Source of the DNA: Somniosus microcephalus | Taxonomy: Eukaryota | DNA: 64,000 nt | Assembly: GCA_052327205.1 (NCBI GenBank) | Contig: CM126212.1 | Location: 182,404,001 to 182,468,000, forward strand | Reading direction: 5' to 3' | Shown: positions 25,021 to 37,202 of the stretch, piece by piece | Position numbering within the stretch: the first letter of the stretch is position 1 | Layout: the number at the start of each line of letters is the position of its first letter | Translations under genes and position numbers: made by a program | Notes under the pieces: generated by a model | The model's database searches: none | Told to the model about the DNA's origin: nothing | What the model saw: only the letters and a program-made list of their open reading frames with translations

Positions 25021-25972
25021 TTAGTTTAAAGCCCTCTCTACAGCCCTAGTTATATGATTCGCCAGGACTCTAGTCCCAGCACTGGCCAAGTGGAGTCCGT
25101 CCCAACAGAACAGCTCCCTCCTGTCCCAGTACTGGTGCCAGTGTCCCAAGAAGCAAAACCCATTTCTCCCACACCAGTCTTTGAGCCACGCATTTAACTC
25201 TTTAATTTTATTTATCCTAGCCAAATTCGCTCGTGGCTCAGGTAATAACCCAGAGATTATTACCCTTGAGGTTCTGTTTTTTAATTTGACCCCTAGCTGC
25301 TCATACTCCTTTAACAGAACCGTCTTCCTTGTCCTATCTACGTCGTTTGTACCAACATGGACCACGACAACTGGATCCTCCCCCTCCCACTGCAAGTTTC
25401 TTTCCAGCCCAGAAGAGATGTCCTTAACCCTGGCACCAGGCAGGCAACACAGCCTTCGGGACTCCCGCTCTTGACTGCAGAGAACCCTATCTATCCCCCT
25501 AATGATACTATCCCCTACCACTACAACATTTCTTTTTACTCCCTCCACTTGAATGGCCCCCTGTACCACGGTGCTGTGGCCAGGTTGCTCATCCTCCCTG
25601 CAGTCCCCGCTCCCGCCCTCACAGGGAGTAAGAACCTCGATCGTGCTGGACAAGAACAAGGGCTGCGTCTCCTTCAACACTACATCCTGGATCCCTGTAC
25701 CTTCCTCACTCGTAGTCACACCGTCCTGTCCCTGACCACGGACTACATCTGCAGTAATTAACTTCATAGGTGTGACCACCTCCTGAAACAGAGTCCAGGA
25801 ACTTCTCCCCCTCACTGATGTGTCGCAGTGTCTGAAGCTTGGTCTCAAGCTCTTTAACATGGAGCTTGAGTTCCTCTAGCAGCAAACACTTGTCGCAGAT
25901 GTAATCACCGTTAGCCTCAATGGGGTTCACCGGCTCCCACATCTCGCAACAGTAACACATCACCTGCTCCAT
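25021..25972 (-). pseudogene. CR1 ORF1 (Cys zinc finger, leucine zipper, SGNH esterase) with one frameshift
   Basis: CYCCEMWE..YICDKCLLLEELKLHVKELE, then in another frame VVVGDSII, CLPGARV, HVGTND, DGLHL. Confidence 0.9.
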
Positions 25973-26260
25973 TCTATATAATTAATTAAATTTCTTATTA
26001 TTAGTTATGAAGACCCTGCCCGGATATATATGATAATATCACACCACTATTCAATAGGACTTACCAACTTAAAGGTATGAAAGAGAAGAGAAGGAAGAAA
26101 ACCAACCAACCAGCTGATCACCAACCTCCTCCTTGAATACTGTCTGTGGAGCCTGTTTGGTTGACTCGTCTCGCTGCTCTGCCTCCGCAGTGCTGTCAGC
26201 CTGGGAGTGGGGAATAAAACAGAGCAAAAAACACACCCTCACCTCCCACTTATCCGAACT

Positions 26261-27301
26261 CTCCCACTTAGCAAAACTCCAACAGCACTCAATGCACAAA
26301 GCACTGTGCACCGCACTAGCCCCTCCCCTTTTATACCTGGATTCTACTTCCTGTTTAAACTGCCCAAGAGTTTAAAAAACCCTTAAAAAATTAAACTTAC
26401 TTCAAATAATTGACTTCTTAACACACTAAAATTCACAAAATACACTTAAATGATTTTTCTCCCACTTAGCAAAACTCCAACAGCACTCAATGCACAAAGC
26501 ACTCCGTGCACCGCACTAGCCCCTCCCCTTTTATACCTGGATTCTACTTCCTGTTTAAACTGCCCAAGAGTTTAAAAAACCCTTAAAAAATTAAACATAC
26601 TTCAAATAATTGACTTCTTAACACACTAAAATTCACAAAATACACTTAAATGATTTTTCTCCCAGTTAGCAAAACTCCAACAGCACTCAATGCACAAAGC
26701 ACTCCGTGCACCGCACTAGCCCCTCCCCTTTTATACCTGGATTCTACTTCCTGTTTAAACTGCCCAAGAGTTTAAAAAACCCTTAAAAAATTAAACTTAC
26801 TTCAAATAATTGACTTCTTAACACACTAAAATTCACAAAATACACTTAAATGATTTTTCTCCCACTTAGCAAAACTCCAATAGCACTCAATGCACAAAGC
26901 ACTCCGTGCACCGCACTAGCCCCTCCCCTTTTATACCTGGATTCTACTTCCTGTTTAAACTGCCCGAGTTTAAAAAACCCTTAAAAAATTAAACTTACTT
27001 CAAATAATTGACTTCTTAACACACTAAAATTCACAAAATACACTTAAATGATTTTTCTCCCAGTTAGCAAAACTCCAACAGCACTCAATGCACAAAGCAC
27101 TCCGTGCACCGCACTAGCCCCTCCCCTTTTATACCTGGATTCTACTTCCTGTTTAAACTGCCCAAGAGTTTAAAAAACCCTTAAAAAATTAAACTTACTT
27201 CAAATAATTGACTTCTTAACACACTAAAATTCACAAAATACACTTAAATGATTTTTCTCCCACTTAGCAAAACTCCAACAGCACTCAATGCACAAAGCAC
27301 T
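26261..27301 (-). repeat. Tandem array of 5.2 x about 200-bp monomers forming the 5' end of CR1 copy A
   Basis: Unit starts at 26263, 26461, 26661, 26861, 27059, 27259. Units nearly identical. Each full unit has TATAAAAG on the minus strand. Confidence 0.95.
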
Positions 27302-28403
27302 GTCATATGACTTTGTTTTGCCCTAGTTGGATAAGCCTTCGAAAAGTTTTGACTGTCGCGGGGGGGGGAGATAAGTTGAACTGGGTTTTACGAGAATGTA
27401 AAATATAATAGAAAACAGTTTGCTTCGGAGCCTAGAATTGGTGCAATGCAGTTGGGAGACAATGCGAAGATCGTGATTCTAGAATGTGGATCTGATTAAT
27501 GACTCATCTGTAAATTCTTCATTTGGAATTAATTTATTCACAAGGCTTTAAAAACTAAGGGCAAGGTCTGAAAAATTGAGCCTCCAATATAACCTGAATT
27601 ATTGAATGGATGCTCAGCAATGTAGTGCAGTGAAGTTGAACTGTCCTTTTTCTACACACTTGTGGACAGCAAATCTAACATTATGCTGAAATATTAAAGG
27701 AGGAATGAAAATCCAGACATGAAGAAAGCCTCATTGGTAATATTGAGAATAATTCTATATCCTGAATTGTAAAATCTCGATTGTCCAAGCTCAACCTTCT
27801 GAATTTGCTCATTTCAAAAGGAATTTCTTGTGACTTGTGCATTTTTTGCTTCTGTAAAATCTTTACTTCTCAGTAAGAAGTACAAAGTTTCCACAAACAA
27901 AAAACACAAGCCATAAAAAGCTATGCATTAGGAATTTTTTTAAAAATTAGAAAAAAATCTTGATTGTGACCCTGTTGCTTCCCTAGTGACAGCAGTACCA
28001 CTCGATGATCAACTGGGGAATACTAATTTGGGATTAAGGAACTGTGGAAGGCTTTGTATCACTTCCAGATGCTGGTGAATTGGGGCATGACGTACCTCAG
28101 ATGTGGTCACCATCGTCCCAGCTGTTAACTTTTTATTACCCAAGCGGCTCTGATTGGCAAAATCAAGGGTATTGTACAACAAATTTCAATGAGACTTGAC
28201 TTTTTTTGGCATGCACATACCAAAGCCAAATGTTTGACTGTAATATACTAAACTTTGGCTGTGGTGGTGGCATTTACTGTTAGATACAGACTGACCGGTT
28301 CTTCAGTAAAACTAGGCTGCAATTACTTTGGAACAAGAGTGTCTACGAGTTTTGATATTGTGGGCTGCTTAGGTTCATACCTTGAAGCCCTGTGAGAGAC
28401 ATA

Positions 28404-29062
28404 GGCCTAGAAATTTAGTTTGGGGCGGCCAGCTCGCTCGCACCCAGAAAGTACTGCTGCGCGCGGAGCCACTTGCGCCCGCCGGAAATTCAGTTTCAGC
28501 GCCCCAACTCGAAGGCGGCCGCTATTCAAGGGTTTCGGCGCCCCCGCTTGGGGCGCTGAAACTGAATATCTGCGCGTTAGGTGCCGCAGCGCCACCCGCT
28601 GCGGTACTGCAGGCCTTCCTCCCTCTCGGGGAGGTGCCTGCAACAGCGAGACCGCCGCTCGCTAATGCCGGCAAATGAGCCCGGCACCACTGAGAAGTGC
28701 CGGGCTCCTGGAAAACAGCCGGCAATGCCGCGGGGGGAGCGTGGAGGAGGCCGGGGAAGGAGATGTGGGCAGGCGGCTGCTGAAAAAGCGGCCGACCACA
28801 CCTCCGCCTTAACTCGCCCCACTAACGCTACAGGACGGCCCCGTTTTCTGATCGCTGTTTGCGGCCGCTGCGGAAGAGGCGGCCGCAACTAAATATGGCG
28901 GTCGGGGCACTGCGCACACCGATGACGTCATCGGTGGCGGCGCAGCGCTACTGGCTAACGCCGCCATTACCGCAGCACTGAATATCGGCGAAAGCTCAGC
29001 AAGTGGCGCAAAAGCCCTCTTTGGGCGAAAACTGGGCGCAAAGCCTACTGAATTTCTAGCCC
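28404..29062. mobile_element. GC-rich MITE, PIF/Harbinger-like (659 bp)
   Basis: TIRs GGCCTAGAAATTTAGT and ACTGAATTTCTAGCCC (14/16), 3-bp TSD ata, no credible ORF. Confidence 0.78.
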
Positions 29063-29824
29063 ATAAAAGTTTAAATCAATGTTCCTATTTGCATGTATCT
29101 CAAGGTACAGATACTAACTGGTCTTTGTGTTCGATTTTGAGTTATCTACCAATGAGACAACAGTGCTTTTTTAAAAAAAAAAAAAAGCTCTTTCCACAAC
29201 TCAGAGTACAAAATTTGAATGGGGCAAAGTTAGAAATATAAGCACAAACAGAATGGAGCTGCCTGACTTCTGGGGTCAGAGTTGGTATGGCTCGAAAGCT
29301 GGAAATGGTCTATATGCAATAGTTTGGGCATCCCTGCTCTTGAGGATCTGAAAGCACTGACTGCAAAGTTTTTTGGAGAGTAATTCTCTGGTTAGAAACA
29401 GCTGCAGTAAGGATCTTGCAGTGGTGTTGTTGTGTTTAAGTCCCGTAAATGACTGTTTAGTGGCACTCGCCATGAAAAATGTGCTTTTATCCTTGGAGGA
29501 AGGCACTGTCGCTGGATTGTGGACAAATGTAAAATATGTGAGGGAGTTCTCTGGCCTTCTCAACCTCATCAGTCACATTGTTCAGATGCCAGACATTCTG
29601 CCTATCCTGATGCTACTCTGCCACTCTTAATTTAAAGAGTGTATGACTTCGATATCAATATGTTCTTTGTCCAGTGATGTTTTCTCAAGCATTGGTCTCA
29701 CTGATCCACTTTTGAAGGTTCTAGCACCTGTCTGCCAGGTACATTTTCACAGTGCTGTGTTACCGCCAGATGTTTGTGCAGGTGGTTGAGTGAATGCCTG
29801 CTGCCTTGGGACATTTTACTACAA

Positions 29825-32800
29825 AACAAAGGATGAGAATTTTAAAATCGAGGTGTTGCTGGACTGGGAGCCAGTGTAGGTCAGCCAGCACAAGGGCGAG
29901 GGTGAACAGGACTTGGTGTGAGTTCGGATACGGGCAGTCACGTTTTGGATGATTCAAGTTTACGGAGGGTGGAAGATGGGAGGCCGGCCAGCCAGGAGAG
30001 CATTGAAATAATCCAGTCTAGAGGTAACAGTCGTTGGTGAGGGTTTCAGCAGCAGATGAGCCGAGGCAGGGGCAGAGACGGGTGATGTTACGGAGGTGGA
30101 AGGAGGCGGTCTTGGTGATGGAGTGGATATATAGTCGGAAGCTTATGAGTTTTTTATTTGTTCGTGGGATGTGGGCGTCGCTGGATAGGCCAGCATTTAT
30201 TGCCCATCCCTAGCTGCCCTCGAAGGTGGTGGTGAGCCGCCGCCTTGAACCGCTGCAGTCAGTGTGGTGAAGGTGCTCCCACAGTGCTGCTAGGGAGGGA
30301 GTTCCAGGATTTTGACCAGGCGACGATGAAGGAACGGCGATATACTTCCAAGTCACGATGTTGTGTGACTTGGAGGTGCTGGTGTTCCCATGTGCCTGCT
30401 GCCCTTGTCCTTCTAGGCGGAAGAGATCGCGGGTTGGGGAGGTGCTGCCGAAGAAGCCTTGGCGAGTTGCTGCAGTGCATCTTGTAGATGGTACACACTG
30501 CAGTCACGGTACGCTTGTGGTGGAGGGAGTGAATGTTAAAGGTGGTGGATGGGGTGCCAATCTGGGATGGAGTCGAGCTTCTTGAGTGTTGTAGGAGCTG
30601 CACTCATCCAGGCAAGTGGAGAGTATTCCATCACACTCCTGACTTGTGCCTTGTAGCTGGTGGAAAGGCTTTGGGGAGTCAGGAGGTGAGACACTCACAG
30701 CAGAATACCTAGCCTCTGACCTGCTCTTGTAGCCACTATATTTATGTGGCTGGTCCAGTTAAGTTTCTGGTCAATGGTGACTCCCGGGATATTGATGGTG
30801 GGGGATCCGGCGATGGTAATGCTGTTGAATGTCAAGGGGTGGTGGTTAGTCACTTGCTTGTTGGAGATAGTCATTGCCTGGCACTTGTGTGCCGTGAATG
30901 TTACCTGCCACTTATCAGCCCAAGCCTGAATGCCATCCAGGTCTTGCTGCATGCGGGCATGGACTGCTTCATTATCTGAGGAGTTGCGACTGGTACCAGC
31001 AAACATCCCCACTTCTGACCTTATGATGGAGGGAAGGTCATTGATGAAGCAGCTGAAGATGGTTGGGCCTAGGACACTGCCCTGAGGAACTCCTGCAGTG
31101 ATGTCCTGGGGCTGTGATTGAACTCCAACCACCACAACCATCTTCCTTTTTGTGCTAGGTATACCTCCAGCCAGTGGAAAGTTGCCCCCCCCCCCCCCCC
31201 CCAATTCCCAGTGACTTCAGTTTTACTAGGGCTCCTTGATGCCACACTGTCAGATGCTGCCTTGATGTCAAGGGCAGTCACTCTCCTCTCACCCCACCTC
31301 TGAAATTAAGCTGTTGTCCAGGTTTGGTGTAATGAGGTCTGGAGCCGAGTGGTCCCGGTAGAACCCAAATTGAGCTTCATTGAGCAGGTTATTTAGTGAG
31401 TAAGTGCTGCTTGATAGCACTGTCAATGATACCTCCCACCACTTTGCTGCTGATTGAGCGTAGACTGATGGGGCGGTAATTGGCCAGATTATATTTGTCC
31501 TGCTTTTTATGGACAGGACATACCTGGGCAGTTTTCCACATTGTTGGATAGGTGCCAGTGTTATAGCTGTACTGGAACAGCTTGATTAGAGGTGCGGCTA
31601 GTTCTGGAGCACAAGTCTTCAGCACGACAGCCGGGATGTTGTCGGGGCCCACAGCCTTGGCTGTATCCAGTGCACTCAGCCATTTCTTTATCACGTGGCG
31701 TGAACTGAATTGGCTGAAGATTCGCTTCTGTGGTGGTGGGGACCTCCGGAAGGGGCCGATATGGATCACCCACTCTGCACTTATGGTTGAAGATGATTGC
31801 AAGCGCTTCAGCTTTGTCTTTTGCACTCGTGCTGGGCTCCACCATCATTGAGGATGGGGATATTCATGGAGCCTCCACCATTATTCACGACTGGATATGG
31901 CAGGACTTTGATCTGTACATTGATTGTAGGATCGCTTAGCTCTGTCTATAGCATGTTGCTTCTGCTTTTTAGCATGCGTGTTTTTAGCCTGTGTTGGACC
32001 TTCCAAGTTGGCACCGCAATTTTAGGTACGCCTGGTGCTGCTCCTGGCATGCTCGTCTACACTCCTTATTGAACCATGGTTGGTCCCCTGGCTTGATGGT
32101 AATGGTAGAGTGAGGGATATGCTGTGCCATGAGGTTACAGATTGTGGTGGAATGCAATTCTGCTGCTGATGGCCCACAACGCCTCATGGATGCCCAGTTT
32201 TGAGCTGCAAGATCTGTTCTGAATAATCCCATTTAGCACAGTGGTAGGTGCCTCACAACACGATGGAGGTGTCCTCAGTGTGAAGACGGGACTTCTCCAC
32301 AATGACTCTCTGTGGTGGTCACTGCTACCGATGTCATGGACAGATGCATCTGCGACAGGTAGATGGGTGAGGTCAAGTTGGTTTTTCCCTCGTGTTGGTT
32401 CTCTCACCACCTGTCGCAGGCCCAGACTGGCAGCTATGTCCTTCAGGACTCGGCCAGCTCAGTCAGTAGTGGTGCTACTGAGTCACTCTTGGTGATGGAC
32501 ATTGAAGTCCCCCACCCAGAGTACATTCTGTGCCCTTGTGGTGTTGAACATGGAGGAGTACTGATTCATCAGCTGAGGGAGGAGGTAATCGGCAGGAAGT
32601 TTCCTTGCCCATGCTTGACCTGAAGACTTCATGGGGTCTGGAGTCAATGTTGATGACTCCCAGGGCCACTCCTTCCCGACTATATACCACTGCGCCGCCG
32701 CCAATGGTGGGTCTGTCCTGCCAGTGGGACAGGGATGGTGATGGAGGAGTTTGGGACATTGGCTGAAAGGTATGATTTCTGTGAGTATGACTGTCAGGTT

Positions 32801-34176
32801 GTTGCTTGACTCCTCTGTGGGACAGCTCTCCCAATTTTGGCACAAGTCATCTGATGTTGGTGAGGAGGACTTTGCAGGAACGACTGGGCTGCGTGTGTCG
32901 TTGTCGTGTCCGTAGCCGGTGCCAATGCTGGGTGGTCCGTCTGGTTTTATTCTTACTGTTTTTTGTAGCTTTTTTTACAACTGAGTAACTTGTTAGGCCA
33001 TTTCAGGGGGCAATTAAGAGTCAGTCACATTGCTGTGGGTTTGGAGTCAGAGGCCAGGCTGGGTAAGGATGGCCAGGCCGGGTAAGGATGGCCGAATGAA
33101 CCAGAGAGGTTTTTGCGACAATCCGATAGTTTCATGGTCACCATTACTGATGCTAGCTTTTCATTCCAGTTTTATTTAATTAGCTGAATTTAAATTCCCT
33201 AGCTGCCGTGGCGGGATTTGAACTCTCAAGTCTCCGGATCATTCATCCAGGCTTCTGGATGACTAGTCCAGTAACATAACCGTTATGCTACTGTTCCCGT
33301 TCTGCTCAATGTTAAATAGGATGCCACGGTTGCGAACCGTCTGGTTCAGTCTCGGACATTGACCAGGGAGAAGGATGGAGTCAGTGGCTAGGTAACTGAC
33401 TTTGTGGCGGGGACCGAAGACACCGGCTTCCATCTTCCCAGTATTTAGTTGGAGGAAATTTCTGCTCGCCCCTGACTGGATGTCGGACAAACGGCACGAT
33501 AAATCGGGCAGTGGAGGAGCCAAGAGAGGTGGTGGTGGTGAGGTAGAGCTGGGGGTCATCAGTGTACATGTGGAACCTGATATGTTTTTGGATGATGTCG
33601 CCAAGGGACTGCATGTAGATAAGAAATAGGATATATTGGCGAAGGATATATCCTGGAGTGACTCCAGAGGTAAGGTTGTGGGAGCATGAAGAGAAACTAT
33701 TGCAGGTGATTCTCTGGCACTAGATAAGAATGGAGCCAGGCGAGTGCAGTTCCACCCAGGAGGATGGTGTGGTCAGCCGTGTCAAAGGCTGTAGACAGAT
33801 AGAGAAGGATGAGGAAGGATAGTTTGTCACAGTCACATGGGATGTCATTTGTGGCTTTAATCAAGGCCGTTTCAGTGCTGTGGCATGGACAGAAATGTGA
33901 TTGGAGGGGTTGAAGCATGGAGTTGTGGGAAAGATGGACATGGATTTAGGAGGTGACAACATGTTCAAGGACTTTGGGGGAAAGAAAAGGGAGTTTGACG
34001 ATGGAACAGTAATGTGCAAGAACAAAGGGGTCATGGATGGGGTTTTTAAGAAGGGGTGATGGCAGATTTGAAGGGGAGGGGCACAGTACCTGAGGGGAGA
34101 GAACTGTTAACAGTATTCGCTTACGTGGGGCCAGAAATGGAAGTTGAGTGGTCAGTGGTTTGGTGGGAATAGGTCG
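29825..34176 (-). mobile_element. L2-clade LINE fragment (29825-30145 and 33299-34176) split by a nested LINE
   Basis: LADLHWLPVQQHLDFKILIL; FHMYTDDPQLY..LSDIQS..NFLQLNTGK; HSTETALIKATNDI..LSTAFDTADHTILL. Confidence 0.8.
30146..33298 (-). mobile_element. CR1-group LINE (APE + RT, decayed) with tRNA-like 5' head
   Basis: NVLWVGDFNVHH, VREPTRGKNQLDL, SSDH; GPDNIPAVVLKTCAPELA, NYRPISL, GVPQGSVLGPTIFSCFINDLP. A-rich tail at about 30150. Pol III A and B boxes at the 5' end. Confidence 0.85.
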
Positions 34177-37100
34177 AAGTTAGAAATATAAGCACAAACA
34201 AAATGAAGCTGCCTGACTTTTGGGGTCAGTGTTGGCAGGGCTATCTAGAGACTTGAACATTACCTTTAGAGCCATTGCATTGGCTTCTTAATTATTCTGA
34301 CTTTTTTTATCCTTGCAGTAACAGAAGAGTGTTTGTTGTCAAGTGTTCTAAAGTAGTTGCAATATATGCTGGTTTGAATTCTGTTGAGTGATATGCAGTG
34401 AGCTAAAAGGGCTGTAATCTAGCATGTGCAGGATGCTGACTGCAACTGTGTATTGGAGACTGTTCACATATTCTTCCCATTTTCAACGTATTCTGGTTTG
34501 CAAAGGACAGTAATCAGTTTGGACTGAAGCAGCCAAAATTGTCTGACCTGTTGGCAGTTTGTAGGAATAGCTGTTCAACTGAAGCTGGTTTCTCTGTTTG
34601 ATTGTAGCTCACAGCTACTATCATTAGTCACTATTGAAACGCCTTGATTTCTGGAATTCTAAAAGGAGTATCTTTTGGCACTTCAATATCCATATAACCT
34701 TCATTTTTTTTTTGAAAGAGCTGACTCTATTCCTAGGTCTCTACCAGTGCACCTTGATCTGGCCATAAAGAAATGTGTAAGCATTTCCTGGGAAGAACTT
34801 CATATTCCCCACCTTTCTCCTATGAGAATTGCTCGGTATCTCCACCACAGTAGCAAGACTGAGATTGGGAACTCCACGGAGTGCTGTATCAAACTGTACA
34901 TTGTGATACGACACCATTTTGTGTGAGCGTTTTAATTTGGAAGGAGTTCATGGATAGTGAAATTGCTTGAAATGTGCAAGCCAGTTGTAAATTGGAACAG
35001 AGCTGAAGAAGCCCTGGGTTATTTCTCCTGGACTCAATTATCATCCAGGCATGAGAGGCTGTTAAATTAGTCAGAAATAAAATGCTGAAATGAAACTAAG
35101 AATATGTTGACTTAACACAATTGTTGAACATCTCACTTTTTAAAAGGAGTTCAGTTGAACAGCAAGTTGAATTCTGTAGAAAATACTGTATGAAGACACT
35201 TGAAGCTTACCTGAACCATTAAAATATAAGTCTGTAATTTTTTGTGACCACATTGAACCACTAATTCAGAATGATATTGGCAGTTGGTGCACAGTCGTAA
35301 TGACCCTAGTTTTGCAGTCACATTAAAAAAATCTTTCCTGGGGCTATATCTCTCTTCTGTGAAACTTTTAATAAAGTCATATATTTTGTGTTATAATGCT
35401 TAGCATTTCTGAATGCCTGAAGTGAACTGAAAAGGAAATGGGATATTGTAAACGTTAAAATAACCATATATCTTTTCCATCTATAATGATTAAAAATACT
35501 ATGCTGAAGTATGATTGGTGTAAAATACTTATGCTACAACTGCTCATGAAATATTCATACAATTATGGAGAAATTTCTTGGGAGGCATAGGGATTTAAAA
35601 ATAACCTATTTAAAAATGAGTTCCAAGTTTTATAAGTGAGTGGAAGGGGTCATTTTGGTATAGGAGACACCATTTAAAATCCCTTTTTTTTTCTTTTTTT
35701 TAACTTCAGTGTTTTAACACCTTTTTTAGAGTATGCTCCAAGCTGTTTTTGCTCGAAGAAATTTGAAACCATATATCAGCCAGAATGAGAGAGTGGAAAC
35801 ATATGCTGATGTTTAAGGAGGCCAGTCCTCTTTGTTCAGATAGGTTGTGCAAGCTCAACCAGGGAGGCTCGCTGCCATATTTTTGTGGCCGAGCGCCTGT
35901 GAGAACCAGTCAGCTCTGATTCTTTGCCAGCATCAGGAGTGAGAAAACACAGTATCAGAATGAACTTTGTACTTCTATGTGTGAAGTGAGTTCAGTGATT
36001 TTTTTTAACACACAGGTGGAACAAGCTAGTTGGTGCTAGATTTGAAGTAAGAAGTGGTCAATAAATATGAAAGTCACATGTAGATAAAGCGCTTCCACCG
36101 ACTTGACACCTTTTTTATATTCCTTGCCTAATGCAGTGATTGGTGAGCGAGGGCCGAAACAAAAGACTGGACATGTATGTCATATGTCTGTAAATCTGTT
36201 CGTATAGAATCTGTGATTTTGTTTTTGTGATCAGATTTTTAACATGGGTCCTTATTTCTGTTACTATTTCCAGCAATTTCTACTATACACAAATGTAAGA
36301 TATTTATGTCTGTTATCACCTGACTTGTATTTCACGTTACAAGATTTGACTGTATTTGTAATGAATCATTTTCACTCAGTATTTGCTGCTTAGACGTGTG
36401 TACAAAGCTAACTTTGTAGTGTTTATAATGTGGGAAGAGATTTATCTACCTACTTTCCAATTTGGTCTCTGTGCTGCTTAAGAGTGAAGATCATATTGGA
36501 GCATAAGCCTTGTAAAAGAGATGGCAGCTGAAAGCGTGCATGGCAGCCCAGTTATATGCATATGGACTAGACAATTGTGCTGATTTTGATGGGTGTTAAG
36601 TCTGTTACTCAGTTGCTGAGAAGTCAATCGTGTGTCCCAGCAATTTGGTGTGGAAGAATTCAAAGCTAGGGAGTGCAATCGCATTGAGTTTAAGCAGACT
36701 TTGCTAAGTGGCAGAAAAAGTCTTTTAAGTGCATTTACTGAATTTTAGTGAGTAAATAAGTGAATTATTTGAAGTAAGTTAAATTTTTTAGAGTAAATTA
36801 AGCTGTTGGGGAGTTGAAACCAGAAGTAGAATCCGGGTATAAAAAGGGGCGGGCTTAGTGCGGTAGCGCTGAGTGCGGTCGCATTGAGTGTAAGTAGAGT
36901 TTGGTAAGTGGCAGAGTTCGGGCAAGTGGGAGGTGAGGGGGGTGCTTGTTGCTCTATTTTGCTTCCCCCTCTCGGGCTAATCCAACACTGCGGACGTGGA
37001 GCAGTGAGACAATTCAACCGGATAGGTCCCCCAGACAGCTTCCATGAGGGAGGTTGGTGATCAACTGGTTGGTAGGTTCTTTTCCTTCTCTTCTATACCT

Positions 37101-37202
37101 TTTTAAGTTGGTAAGTCCTATTAAATAGTGGTGTAATATTATCATCTATATCGGGGCAGAGGGTCTACATAATTAATAATAAATTTAATTAATTACACAG
37201 AT

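Larger units (their letters stand above)
21586..27301 (-). mobile_element. Near full-length CR1 LINE (copy A), antisense to LRIG1
   Basis: 5' tandem monomers, ORF1 (zinc finger/leucine zipper + esterase), ORF2 (APE + RT), 3' UTR and (ttcttatg)n 8-bp tail. Confidence 0.95.

Noticed and set aside
26261-27301. CRISPR-like array or independent satellite
   Set aside because: Units are contiguous with no unique spacers, and are homologous to the 5' monomer of the second CR1 copy.
28382-28892. Cluster of about 100-aa ORFs on both strands
   Set aside because: Low-complexity products of a GC-rich MITE with no domain motifs.
29373-29630. 85-aa ORF as an extra exon or processed pseudogene
   Set aside because: No recognisable domain, no convincing splice sites, and exons 1 and 2 join without it.
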